Part shown: one piece after another, positions 45,301 to 55,355 of the stretch
Numbering within the stretch: the stretch's first letter is position 1
How the letters are laid out: every line of letters starts with the position of its first letter
DNA from: Corallochytrium limacisporum Hawaii
Lineage: Eukaryota > Protista > Pluriformea
Reading direction: 5' to 3'
DNA length: 64,000 nucleotides
NCBI GenBank assembly: GCA_002811645.1
Contig: PDIP01000088.1
Coordinates: 62,001 to 126,000, forward strand
Program-made: the position numbers and the translations under genes
The notes under the pieces: model-generated
What the model was told of the DNA's origin: nothing
Databases searched by the model: none
What the model saw: the letters and a program-made list of their open reading frames with translations, nothing else

Positions 45301-45960
45301 CTGCAAAATATTGTCTACGACTCCTTTGGCTACACTAGAGTTGACCCGGAACTCCTCCGCAACAAAGCGTGCCGCTGACTTGGGGTCAAGGCGGCACAGT
45401 TCGTGGAAATTGGGTAGCTCGGGCATGCCAATATGCAGCTTCGGTTCCTTCGGTTTCTTTGGTTTTTGTCTTGTCTCTTCCAATGGGTCCTGAGTCGCGG
45501 ACACTGCCGCCTCACCGTGTACAAAGACGTCCAAAGTCTTACGAGCTTCCGCAAAACTCATGTTCCCGTGCTTCTGAATCATTTTTAATGCCGCAGCTGG
45601 ATCCTTCATGGCTAACTTACGCATCGCTTCGGCAGCGACATCGTCATCGGTGCCTTCCTCTGCGACCGTAGCATTGGTGGGTTTTGTTGGTTCACTAGAA
45701 TTCAAGGCCTCAGACTCTGCACTAAACATAATCAGGGGCTCCGTTCCCGGCCGCGCATTCCTACCTTTCCGTCTGCCTCCCCGAGAACTAACAGTGTTCA
45801 CATTTTGGGAATTCCCTGAAGATGGCTGATCACTTCCATCGCCAGGTCTTCCCCGCGGAAGCAGCAACGTCGGCGTTGCATGATACTGCCGCAGCAAATT
45901 GCTTGCTATGGGTCGATTTCGCTGGCCGAATCCCAGACGCAGAGCACGGAATCGCAGCAT
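42370..45960 (-). CDS. Mitochondrial small-subunit assembly factor Rsm22/METTL17 (methyltransferase fold) with long N-terminal extension
   Basis: Arg-rich presequence; Y...ESIAY, SILDIGSGTGTALWA, DLVIAAYTLSEL, LVIVELG..KG, HVVGPCPH..ACP, KFCY, WPR.I..P.KRGGH.HMD.C...G. Confidence 0.9.
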   Translation of the reverse strand: MLRFRALRLGFGQRNRPIASNLLRQYHATPTLLLPRGRPGDGSDQPSSGNSQNVNTVSSRGGRRKGRNARPGTEPLIMFSAESEALNSSEPTKPTNATVAEEGTDDDVAAEAMRKLAMKDPAAALKMIQKHGNMSFAEARKTLDVFVHGEAAVSATQDPLEETRQKPKKPKEPKLHIGMPELPNFHELCRLDPKSAARFVAEEFRVNSSVAKGVVDNILQEQGHPRFFGTTEQDVEEGLEQQSLSSPTDLRRIARERLVARKYEADDARRLSREEREDITGADSSMNETIEGEVMPRSFDQQRKTSDRLKAWAEEQKTSTEKSMVHQETPEELAKLTSERLDQMRPAREKGKPIYLRHGHPWAHDVQMRVPATVDVVDPETGRGYKLPRSVELEERYIQHFGTKLSRVEEDTRQRIANAEELMVALERDARSTTNNPLLSHEQAKTLNSLPPLGHEENNTATEDGNLALGAMEDGTDGDRDIDVDTLEPIDLEDGNSVEPAGVAHRNMDVWDMLQQLRQDPSLYEQVALPAATAQESLRELRRFAQLTFKGDRGRHALSTVELPKPLANNLLSILGNTPPSKGSVLRDDTMKLRDFLMNRGGKIGQPVKIDGRVKKLLSQGVYTVNYGPRESIAYAVGMLAPVYAATLCVLKEIASRDPDFMPRSILDIGSGTGTALWALREIWGQHLRRGSSRITAVDTSSPMLSLSQQLFTVDADEDARLYEESFAEKGQVGNDASPPVRSNGMEPSGSHPLLQNGGDSAVRPQNSEQATQYELWAGSTQTRVPALPNVLFREYLPLGNPGDQDLVIAAYTLSELASDEQRDELFLELWSRTKDYLVIVELGDHKGSDITLRARDLLVGLEGTSMEGHVVGPCPHMHACPLALSGQGLSRQMERRRSTRSAHKADAKHEAAFGHLVGSGKTVGGRKAGGDDGGSEWSDGDDNDANDADAERRWQEAQRLQREEEAKLAEEAEQDAMLDSTMRRKICFRTQKVRPIAPQVLSRKVKAQSHVEDKFCYMIFKKGKPTDHKQMNQDQGMLWPRMIFDPIKRGGHMHMDVCMPTGAWQRLTLTKGKFDRIVYRDAKSRKSGDRLPPPEVLRREYWNWRDRMIEDEIELDRAQKSAAESTHEDTNSTSAGSDVDGAVSESPTDKGDDSTRYWDRRRPARPSERIHRDRGRHKPGQKHDFEHFHSTLDHE

Positions 45961-48764
45961 TCTCTTTCAAATTGAGAGTGCCAAAATAGTAAAGCTTACG
46001 TGATAACTTCCTGCATGGCTACGCAATGAAGAAATCTGCCATAATCAGTCTACTCCACCAACATCTACGTCGAGGAGTAATGTCTCATTTCAAACATCTC
46101 TAGTCCTTTGGTGAAGTAATCGAACCACGTTCTCCGTCCAAAGTAGCCGTAGGTTGCCGATGACTCCACTTCATGCCGACCCAAAACAATAGTCCCAAAA
46201 TTGACGAAGAAATAAAAGCTCCTATCTACATCAGAGTGAGCACTTGAGTCTCCGTCTTCCCGCACTCTTGAGACTCGCCCCCGCCGCATGGCCCGCCCGG
46301 CACTGAGACCCGCTTCCGACATCCCTTACTGTACATTTGCTATGGAATTTCCCAATTTCGATACTTTCACTATGGCGTCTTCTCCCAATGCCTGCGTAGT
46401 GGGGAACCTAGGTAGGGCGGGAGGAAGGCGTCGCCACGTACAGCCTGTGCCTGAACTCGGCCACCGCAAATGACATGCGCTCACATGGCCATAGTAACCT
46501 GTCATGCTCAACGCTTCCCGGAAAGTTTTCGACGTCAACAATGCCTCAAGATGTCCATACGGTAGCTGACAATTTTTTTGGGACCAACTAGAGTCTTAGT
46601 TTGACGCACATTGAGCCTGAAACGAAAAGTTGACATATTGGCATCGATGCAGCATAAGTGAACATGTAGCGCCATAATGAATGAAAGACTGCCAATCACC
46701 GCTAGTGGGCATCTAAATCATCAACATTTTTGGATGGAAGATGTCGGGTAAGATAGGAAATAGTGGGCGCGTCACCACTGACCTTCTAGCACAGCCGCTG
46801 CCAAGACCACCTACTTTGGTTGCAGTGTATCCTGCGGACTATCACCATCCATGAGCATGCTGTAATTGTTCACAATAAATTTATTTAGCCATGTTAAGGA
46901 TTGCTGAATTGACAAAACGCCCGTGTGAAGGTGGCTGGCGAAAATTGTAGTCGTGGTCAATATTCAAGAGTAAGCCTTTGCGGAATACATGCGAATGGCA
47001 CGGGATGAAAGCAAGCCCTGAAACCCCAGACTTTGAGTCTGCGGAACACCAACCGCAAGCAGTGAAGTCTGCGACATGTTCACGATGCTTAAAATATACT
47101 TACTTGATTCTTCATCATGTTCTCAACAACACAGACGCTTCTGTGGAATTAAAAGCAATCGATGGAAATTAACCTGCCAGCCTGCTCCTGTGCATTGCGG
47201 ACCTCCCCCAAGCGACTCTAAATTTGGACATGATAGTCCTCTACCTAGGACAAAGCAGCCTCTTTGGTATGGAACAGTGGGAGGCTTTCATGTGAGGCGA
47301 CTGCGATGCTAATTTCTTGGTCATGACCTATCAAATGAATGATAAGAAGACCTGATAAACGAGATAGTTTCCGAACGTGATTTCTCGATAAATAGACAGT
47401 CACCTATTAGGCGAAAATGTGGACATGGCGGGCACAGGTATCTCCGGCCCAGCACGAGAAAGTATTGCTAAAATTACACAGCTCGAGCGCTTGATGCATG
47501 CTCGAACGGGTGGATCCGGAAACACGGTATTTATTCGCATCTTGGTGGCTTCTAGAAAAAGCGCTTCGCACCATCTCCCCCCGCCCCATAGGCTGCCCCG
47601 GCTGTTTCTTCGCCCCAGGGATGATATGTCACTAAGATACTTGGAACATGCCTTGTGTACCCACAAACACTGAAATGTAATGAAACGCGACAGAAACGAG
47701 GTGAACACATCCATCGTGAACATCATCCTGATCACCATCGACCTTTGTTGACAGTGGTTCTTCTTCTATTTTTTAAAGTGATGATGTTGTCATGGTCATG
47801 TACTCCGTCGAAAACGGGAACATGTTCACAAATGGGGACCAAACTAATGGAGTACAACGGGGCTCTTGTGATGTACATGGTATCTTCGTGAAGTCTGAGT
47901 TTGCAGTGATCATGGTTTGAAGCCGTCTGGAGTCAACAGTCAAAGGGAACCTGACGATGCCAACAATCACTGCTGTCCAGGCGAATATTCAAATCAACCA
48001 AAACCACATTTTCCCACCGGGGGGGCGTGTTGAATGTTATTGTAATCAAGTACTTACCGATTGCTCAAGCATTAAGGTTTCATGGGCATGATACCGACAT
48101 GCATGGTGTGACAAAAATAGAGACCTGCATTTAGGGAGGCAGACCAGCATCACAAAGCGCATGGTTGTGTTTTGGTTTGTCTCAAAAGTCGTCATTTGAG
48201 TCAGGCCCTGTTCCCCATTATTTTCCCAGATCTCCCAGTAGTGAAAGTACTCCAACGGGACCCCTTTTTTTCCTGGCAGGGGCTCGCTGCTGGCGTCGGG
48301 TTCCCAAGTCTACGTGTTGAAACGTAAAGTCTTGTTTTTCTTCAGATATGATTAGTAGTAAATGTACTACTGATTTTCCTGACAGCATTGCAGTCGTGGC
48401 TGTCCAACATCGGAAAGGACAACGAAAGAAAAGAAACCCCAACAATTTCGAGCGGCTGCAGTTGGGGGTGGAGGAGACGAGCGAAGAAGATCGACAAGGA
48501 TTTCCGCGATCCCGGGCCCGTGTCTGCGGTACCTTCACCACCCGCAACCAAAGATGGGAAATAGAAAACAGCCATCCAGCGTGGGGCACCTGTCCGCTCT
48601 TCCGACCCGCAGCAAACCCGGCCACTCTCTGGGAGTTCGATGGTCGGCGCAATTTTTTGGCGGACGTATTAGGGTATAAAATTGACAGGCAGACAATCGA
48701 TTTACTTCTGTTCAGGGGAAACGGGAGGTCAAATGATTGCGTGGCGGGGGAAAACGAGGGGGGG

Positions 48765-49053
48765 NNNNNNNNNNNNNNNNNNNNNNNNNNNNNNNNNNNN
48801 NNNNNNNNNNNNNNNNNNNNNNNNNNNNNNNNNNNNNNNNNNNNNNNNNNNNNNNNNNNNNNNNNNNNNNNNNNNNNNNNNNNNNNNNNNNNNNNNNNNN
48901 NNNNNNNNNNNNNNNNNNNNNNNNNNNNNNNNNNNNNNNNNNNNNNNNNNNNNNNNNNNNNNNNNNNNNNNNNNNNNNNNNNNNNNNNNNNNNNNNNNNN
49001 NNNNNNNNNNNNNNNNNNNNNNNNNNNNNNNNNNNNNNNNNNNNNNNNNNNNN
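48765..49053. other. Assembly gap (N run) preceded by a G run
   Basis: N run seen directly. Confidence 0.99.
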
Positions 49054-50740
49054 GAGCGAAAAGGTCGAAGCAGCCACGAGCGGTGGCTGCCTGCTTTTCC
49101 CGCTCGTGGCTGCTTCGACCTTTTCGCTCGCTCTGCTTTTTTTTCTCCTCTTTTTTTTCTTTCCTTTAAATCATTCTCTTCCTCGCTCCGACCGCCCCAT
49201 CTCTCCTCCTCCTCCTTCCTCTCCTTCTCCCCTCCCCACCCCTCCTTCCTCTCGGCCTCCCGTCCGACCGGGGCGATCTCTCTCTCTTGCTCTCTCTCTC
49301 GCTCTCTCGTCTCATTCGTCCTTCTCGAGGGGCGCGCGCCCGTGTTTTCCCTTTTTCTGCATTATTTCTGTGGCTAGGGGAGAGGACGTTGGACACCGTG
49401 TGGGTCACCACGGAAAGTTTTTCCAGTTGCACGGCGGGCAGAGAGAAGGTGGGGGAGAGAAGCACAGTGGTCCGGCTATGCCTCTATGGTTGCGGTGACT
49501 GTGTGAAGGTGGGAAGGTGGGCTGGGGGTTGGGGGGGAGGGGAAGCCGTCCCCCCACCCAGCCCCTAATCGCGTTGTCACCGATTTTTCCATTTTTTTTG
49601 GCCGTGCTTGTGTCCTTCTGTGGTGTATATGTGTGTATGTGTGTGTGTTGTGTGTTTTGTGTGGGTGTGTGTGTTTTGTGTCTCGCCTGGCTTTTTCTTT
49701 GTTCTTGTGCTGGCTCCCCTCTCCCTTCCAAAGGTTGTTTTCATTATCTCTTCTCCTTGCCCTGTTGCGCTTCGGGACAGGGTGGAGAGGTAGGGGGTGG
49801 GGCCCCCTTTACACGTCTCAGCGGCCATGGCGTGAGGGTAGAGGGAGGCGTCCAAAGATCCCGTGACCAACCACTCTCCCGAAAGCCTTCCGGAACGATG
49901 AAAAAACACACACAACGCCGATGTGAGAGAACGGCCCAAATTTAAACACACACACACACAATCTCGGGGAAACCGAAGCCGCGAAACAAGGGCCAAAACC
50001 GCCGAAAATTGTCAGCATCGGGAACAAATGAGCAAGAATCTCCCAGAAATTCGAATTAAAAGGCCAAGGAACTTTGGGGACCATCCGGGCTATCACGGGA
50101 AACCAAAAAAAAAAAAGAAAGAAAGGAAAAACTCGGGAATAAAAGATTGGCCGAGTACCGGAAATCACCACTCTGGGGCAGGGCGTGTGTGCCCACAGCC
50201 CGAACCCCCACCCCCCCTTCCCTTCTACCCTCGGCGTTGCCCCTTTGCCTTCCCGCCGTCCCCCAACCGCTGCCCATCCCCACTCCCCCGCTCGGGCTCG
50301 GGTGTTTCCTCCTCTCTGCCTCCCTGCCCTCCTCCTCTCGGTCTCCCTTTGTGTTTTTCTCGCGTCTAAGGCAAATTACCCCGCAGTGCGTGATTTTGCC
50401 CTGCCCAGTGGTCGCGCTGGACCCCGAGTTTTCCTTGCTGCGGAGGGAGAGATTCCCGGGTGGTCCCTCGCGGGGTTTACAGTACCTCGGCTAGGGCCAG
50501 GCAAAGTGTGGGAGGACGGGCAAGTGGGCCACTCGGACATGGCCAGGTTTATCCGCTCGGTAAATGGAAATTCATTTTTGCCTTTTTCGTTCGTTTTATG
50601 TTTTTGGTATTCAGACCGGAGACTTTTTCGGCTTGGGGAGCCCATTCGTCCTCTCTTCCCCTTCTCCCACTCCCCCCCTCCTCCCTCCCCCCCTACCACC
50701 ACTCATCCCGGACCGGGAAAAAAGTAGGGGCCCCACTCCG
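49054..50740. repeat. Extended low-complexity island (CT-rich, (GT)n/(CA)n, homopolymers) upstream of the DPF-type PHD gene
   Basis: Pyrimidine tract ~49120-49325, (GT)n ~49620-49680, (CA)n ~49945-49960, A run ~50105-50116, C-rich ~50200-50340 and ~50650-50700. Confidence 0.8.
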
Positions 50741-51304
50741 GCAGTACTGAGAGCATGGAAGTCAAATCTAAAGGGGGAGGACGCAAGGTGACACACGAAG
50801 AATGCATAGTTGTTTCTGGAGAATGTGACTTTTGGGCAACACTGGAGACACTCACCGCTTTCTTAGTTTTATTTTTTTAACGATGTTCTGTCTTCGTAGA
50901 CGACGTGCATAGCATTTATTAACGTGTTTGTGTATTGTGTTAGCAACAAAGATACGTCTTGGTGAAGAAATGTTTCCAGTACATCCGAATAAAATATTTA
51001 CGGAATCGGGCAAATTCAAAAACCTATTAACAAGGTCACACTCTAGCAAACGGGATCATTTTATATTCTCAGCAACAAAGCTCTCAACATTAAATTTTAG
51101 ACCTTCGGGTTGAAATTTTTTGTATCCCACTTACATCAAAGGACTCAGTTGAAAATATCCACTTTCCCCCATATGGCCTTCAGCGGAAGAGTCAATGTAA
51201 TCTTCTGCTACACAGAAAAAAAGTGGCCAGTCGAAAGGCCAAGGTTTGATATAGACACCATTGTTGAATAAGTAGAGGATCAGCAAAAATTTAAACAGGT
51301 GCAA

Positions 51305-54300
51305 ATGGCGGAGACGGCTCCCTCAGTTGCAACACCGGCGACTGCCGCGGAAAGCACAAGAACGCAGGGCTCCGGCAATGACGCACAGACAACGGCTGCT
51401 ACTCCAGTCAGTGTCCCACTTAAGAAGCAAACGGGACCCCCTACAACAACCACGGCTCCTGCAGCAGGGTCTGTAGCGGAACACACTGCAACCGCAGCTC
51501 CTGCAGCCGCACCTACTGGCAACGGCAACCCTGTGAACGATGCACACGTACGGTCTGTGGAGCAAGGAAAGGAATACAACGAAGAGGTTTCCGCCCAACG
51601 CAAGTCTTCGGGCATGGGCACCCTTGACCTGCTCACCGGAGCTGCACAATACATGCAGGTACGCGAGTACGAAGAGGAAAAACAGCGCCAGACGTCGTCG
51701 CGAAGTCAAAGTTCGCATGGCACCGCGACTGCCCCGAACAGTCGGCCGCAGAGTCAGCCCGGGTCCTACGGTGCCAACCACGACAGTGGCAGTCGCACAG
51801 CTGTGGCGTATTCCTCGCGCGGTCCTCTGCTGGACCAGGCACCCAAGGCTCAAAATGAACGGAAAGCGGCAGAACAGATTGCGCAGCGCACGAAAGAGGC
51901 AGAGGAGAGCGAACGCGTGGCCAAAGGCAGAATGCAGCGCAGCCACGACCTCAACAGTCTGCGCCAGAAGGAACGGCATTTGAACGAGCAAGGGGAACCC
52001 GTCGGTCGTCGCATACACAATGCGGAGAATGGTCAGCAAGATTCGAAGGCTACGGTTCCCAAGGCCGAGCATGACTCGGGCCATCCCCAGATGGCTAAGG
52101 ACGCCTCGGTCCTGAAAGCACCCGAGGATGTGCTGAAAGACATCGAAAGGGAGCACGAAGCGTACCGTAGAGCATCCTCTGCCCATAGCAACCCGGCCCC
52201 TCCTACTGCCCAGAGCTACTATGGACAACACCACCATTACACGGCTCCTGACCGCAGGGATTCTTACGCATCCTCGCACGGCGGCTACCACGACCCCCGG
52301 GCGTCAACCGGTTCATATTCCGGTACAGCGGGCACGGCTACATACGACCAGGGTGGCCACTATGCCTACAACAGTCAGTACTACAATACTAGCAGCTACT
52401 ACAGGCAGCCCAGTGACCCGAGCAACAGTGGCTACACCCCCGTGGCGACCCAGCAGCAAGCGCGCAGGAGACCCTCCGTCCATCACATGTACCCGTCAGA
52501 GTTGCCCAACCCTCCCTCTTCCACCCAAAATGACCAGTGGGCCGAAGACGAGAAGCAGCGCCTGCGGAATCACTGGGACAATTACTATCGTCGGTACTAT
52601 GCGGACTACTACCAGGATTTCTACAAACGGTACATGACCAATGTGAAGGATAAGGACGCACCTGGATGGGATCGGCAGCCGGTCGACTTGGAAACGAGTA
52701 ATCGTGCGTCACAAACAGAATGGCATTTGGTGGATATGAAGCGAGGAGTTATGCTGGAGTCCAGCGAAACGGAACGCCGCTCTAGTGGCATCGTGGGAGA
52801 AGCAGATAGTGCGGACACTAAATCTAAACGCAAAGGTGGTCGACCCCGCAAGGATGGAACGGGATCCCGAACCAGCATCAGCGACTCCCTGGGCGACGGA
52901 CAGAGCCACTCCGGACAAGATCAGCCTGGCAAGCGTGGCCGTCGCTCTAAAGCCGAACGCCGCGGCAGCACTCCGTCGTCGGAACCACGCGTCAGTGCAT
53001 CAATGGGAGACGATGACAGCGGCAACGGTGAAGACAAGCTTTCCAAACGTGGCCGTGGCCGTCCTCGGAAAGAGGAGGGACCAGCGGTGCCGGGAGAGGT
53101 CACATGGCAATTCGGTAAGTCAAACATGTGGAGCGACATGACCAGCAAAGTCACGGCCCAAGAGGAGGCCCGTGATGGAGATCGTAACCGTCGAAATACC
53201 ATCCCTGAACCTCCCAGCGGCTCCTATCGTGTGTCAGCTCCTGCGATGAAGGGTGGTCAGGAGGGCGCCGAAGCAGAGAATACTGATCCAGCAACGGCCG
53301 CGGCAGCAGCAGCGGCAGCAGCGGCAGCTCCAGCAGGAGAACCGCCCAAAGCAGCCAAGCAATCTGGTGCTGCCGACGGCCAGAGTTTGTCTAAGAAAGG
53401 CAAGACAAGCTTCGTGTTTGTGTCGAATGAACCGTCCAAGAACAGAAGCAAGGAGTCATCGAAGATGCATAAGTTCACATTTTTCGGACCAACTATGAAC
53501 AGACCCGTGGGCGGCGGTACTGATTTCAAGGGAGAGGACCTCGACCGCGTCGGTCGTCCCAAGATGCGCCGGGCCTGGCAGGATGGACCCCTAACCCAGG
53601 AAGAAGCAGCCCAGCAGAAGAAAGGGTCTGATGAGTACGAATACGACAGTGTCATGGATATTGTCGTAAAACCATCCGAGAATCCGGACCAGCCGACTGG
53701 CATCCCTCGGCAAAAGCCCATCCCTGCCTCACAGAAACCCGCACTTCCGGATGGCCGTGATAAGCAGCCATACGTGAGCAAGCCAACTAAGGCACAGATG
53801 CTCACCAAGGAAGAGCAGGACAAGAAAACAGCAACGTCTGCAACTACTGGTCAGGCCACAGTGGTTCCTGCCGTTATGGATACACGGGGATCGATTCAGG
53901 CATCAACAAAGGATCTACTGGACTATGCCCAGTCCACGCGCGAAATGGTCACCTCGGTCATGAAGTCGACCAAACCGAGACACAAGCCAGCGATACGCAA
54001 GTCCAGCGACGGTTTCCTCTCACCCGAGAGCTCCGAAGATGAGGACGAGGATATGGAAGACGAGAGGGACAGCGATGATGAGGACGTTGCGGGAGCAAGC
54101 CATGGCATTGCTTACAATCCGATGCCTCTGGGAAAGACCTTCCAAATGTCTGAGGATCTTAAGAAAGCCCTGACCCCCAGGCCCGCTGCTGCTCTGATGA
54201 GTGCGAGTGCGACGAAGGTTGAGGGCGCAGAAACAGACTCTGCCGAGGACGGCAGTGCAGGTCCCGTCAAGCGTGGTCGTGGCAGACCGCCGAAGGCGGC

Positions 54301-55120
54301 AACTCTGAAGGCCCGCGCTGCGGCTGCATCGGTAGCTGACGCCACGAGCACAGCGACTCCCATGGCAGTCGATCCGCTCCGCCGCTCCGCGGGCCGCGGT
54401 AGCACGGGTCGCGCCCAGACTCCCACAGCAGGCGCAGTCCCCGAGCCCAGAACTATCCCCCAAGCTGGCAGTGCGTCCGCTCCCGCAACTGTCGCCAAGA
54501 AGGGCGGTGACGTCAAACTCGAAGCCACAGCCACCCCGACTGCAGGCGGGAAGCCACCGCTCCCGGACCGGTTTTGTGATTTTTGCCTTGGCAAGGACAA
54601 TGAGAACCCACGAAAGACTGTTAAGGAGAAGCAGATCTTGCTGCACTGCTCGGAATGCCCGCGTGCGGGCCACCCGGAGTGCCTACAACTGCCCTCTGAG
54701 ATCATTCCCGTGCTGCACTCCTATGATTGGGAGTGCATCGACTGCAAGGGATGTCTGCACTGTGGTTTGAAGGACCAAGAAGAAAAGATCCTCTTCTGCG
54801 ACAAGTGCGACCGCGGCGCCCATCTGTTCTGTCTGGACCCGCCACTCGAACAGGCTCCTGATGGAGACTGGTTCTGCCAGATCTGTGAAGGTGTACCAAA
54901 AAGTCGAGTGCGCAAGGTCGACCGCAGCGCCGAGGCTGCCATGGCCGAATCGCGGCACAAAGAGGAGCTGGCAAAGGCCAGCAGAGAAGCTGAGAAGAAC
55001 CTGAAGAAGCGCTTCGGCACGACTGCGGGCGCGGAGACCGCGGGCAATACCCCGGGCAGCCACCAGAAGCGCAAGGCCAAAATCAAGACACCGGGTTCTC
55101 GAAAGAAGGCAAAGAAATGA
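51305..55120 (+). CDS. Chromatin protein with AT-hooks and a C-terminal double PHD finger (DPF/PHF10/KAT6 type)
   Basis: AT-hooks GGRPRK, RGRGRPRK, RGRGRPPK; CDFCLG..CSECPRAGHPECL..WECIDCKGCLHC..LFCDKCDRGAHLFCLDPPL..P.G.WFCQIC. Confidence 0.9.
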   Translation: MAETAPSVATPATAAESTRTQGSGNDAQTTAATPVSVPLKKQTGPPTTTTAPAAGSVAEHTATAAPAAAPTGNGNPVNDAHVRSVEQGKEYNEEVSAQRKSSGMGTLDLLTGAAQYMQVREYEEEKQRQTSSRSQSSHGTATAPNSRPQSQPGSYGANHDSGSRTAVAYSSRGPLLDQAPKAQNERKAAEQIAQRTKEAEESERVAKGRMQRSHDLNSLRQKERHLNEQGEPVGRRIHNAENGQQDSKATVPKAEHDSGHPQMAKDASVLKAPEDVLKDIEREHEAYRRASSAHSNPAPPTAQSYYGQHHHYTAPDRRDSYASSHGGYHDPRASTGSYSGTAGTATYDQGGHYAYNSQYYNTSSYYRQPSDPSNSGYTPVATQQQARRRPSVHHMYPSELPNPPSSTQNDQWAEDEKQRLRNHWDNYYRRYYADYYQDFYKRYMTNVKDKDAPGWDRQPVDLETSNRASQTEWHLVDMKRGVMLESSETERRSSGIVGEADSADTKSKRKGGRPRKDGTGSRTSISDSLGDGQSHSGQDQPGKRGRRSKAERRGSTPSSEPRVSASMGDDDSGNGEDKLSKRGRGRPRKEEGPAVPGEVTWQFGKSNMWSDMTSKVTAQEEARDGDRNRRNTIPEPPSGSYRVSAPAMKGGQEGAEAENTDPATAAAAAAAAAAAPAGEPPKAAKQSGAADGQSLSKKGKTSFVFVSNEPSKNRSKESSKMHKFTFFGPTMNRPVGGGTDFKGEDLDRVGRPKMRRAWQDGPLTQEEAAQQKKGSDEYEYDSVMDIVVKPSENPDQPTGIPRQKPIPASQKPALPDGRDKQPYVSKPTKAQMLTKEEQDKKTATSATTGQATVVPAVMDTRGSIQASTKDLLDYAQSTREMVTSVMKSTKPRHKPAIRKSSDGFLSPESSEDEDEDMEDERDSDDEDVAGASHGIAYNPMPLGKTFQMSEDLKKALTPRPAAALMSASATKVEGAETDSAEDGSAGPVKRGRGRPPKAATLKARAAAASVADATSTATPMAVDPLRRSAGRGSTGRAQTPTAGAVPEPRTIPQAGSASAPATVAKKGGDVKLEATATPTAGGKPPLPDRFCDFCLGKDNENPRKTVKEKQILLHCSECPRAGHPECLQLPSEIIPVLHSYDWECIDCKGCLHCGLKDQEEKILFCDKCDRGAHLFCLDPPLEQAPDGDWFCQICEGVPKSRVRKVDRSAEAAMAESRHKEELAKASREAEKNLKKRFGTTAGAETAGNTPGSHQKRKAKIKTPGSRKKAKK

Positions 55121-55355
55121 GCACGCGATCGGGTGTCCCAGAATCGCCACAGAACACAAACACACACCCACACACAAACAGCCAAAAGAGTTTTGTTTGG
55201 AAATTGTCTTTTAAATGAACTTACAAGTATATCTAGGTCTTTTTACCATGTCATGGGTCTACATCATGTTTCCGCTCACCACCACCACCACGTATTGATT
55301 GCGCCGACCACCTAATGTCCCACAACTCGATTAATGTTCAAAACTGGTATGGGAT

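Larger units (their letters stand above)
46070..51240 (-). pseudogene. Decayed multi-repeat CNBD channel (up to four units, CNGK-like), middle overwritten by an island and a gap
   Basis: I: FDW..TLPL (S1 ~51235-51180), FLNL..GNISSPRRI (ORF 50852-51049), VCHLAS and LSTAGVG (ORF 50611-50796). II: ISHL, TPN...KL, MLSG (ORF 48218-48652), EYFHY..W..NG..SLF (ORF 48046-48255). III: KMWFWLI*IFAWTAVIV 48012-47962, MFTMDVFTSF, KYILSI..SLLAVG 47101-47048, VNSAILNM, PLF-x6-F-x3-ML 46766-46722, SATV, LTSKTFREAL. IV: SMTGYYGHVSA, VREDG..FYFFVNFG..GYFG (ORF 46065-46322). Confidence 0.58.
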
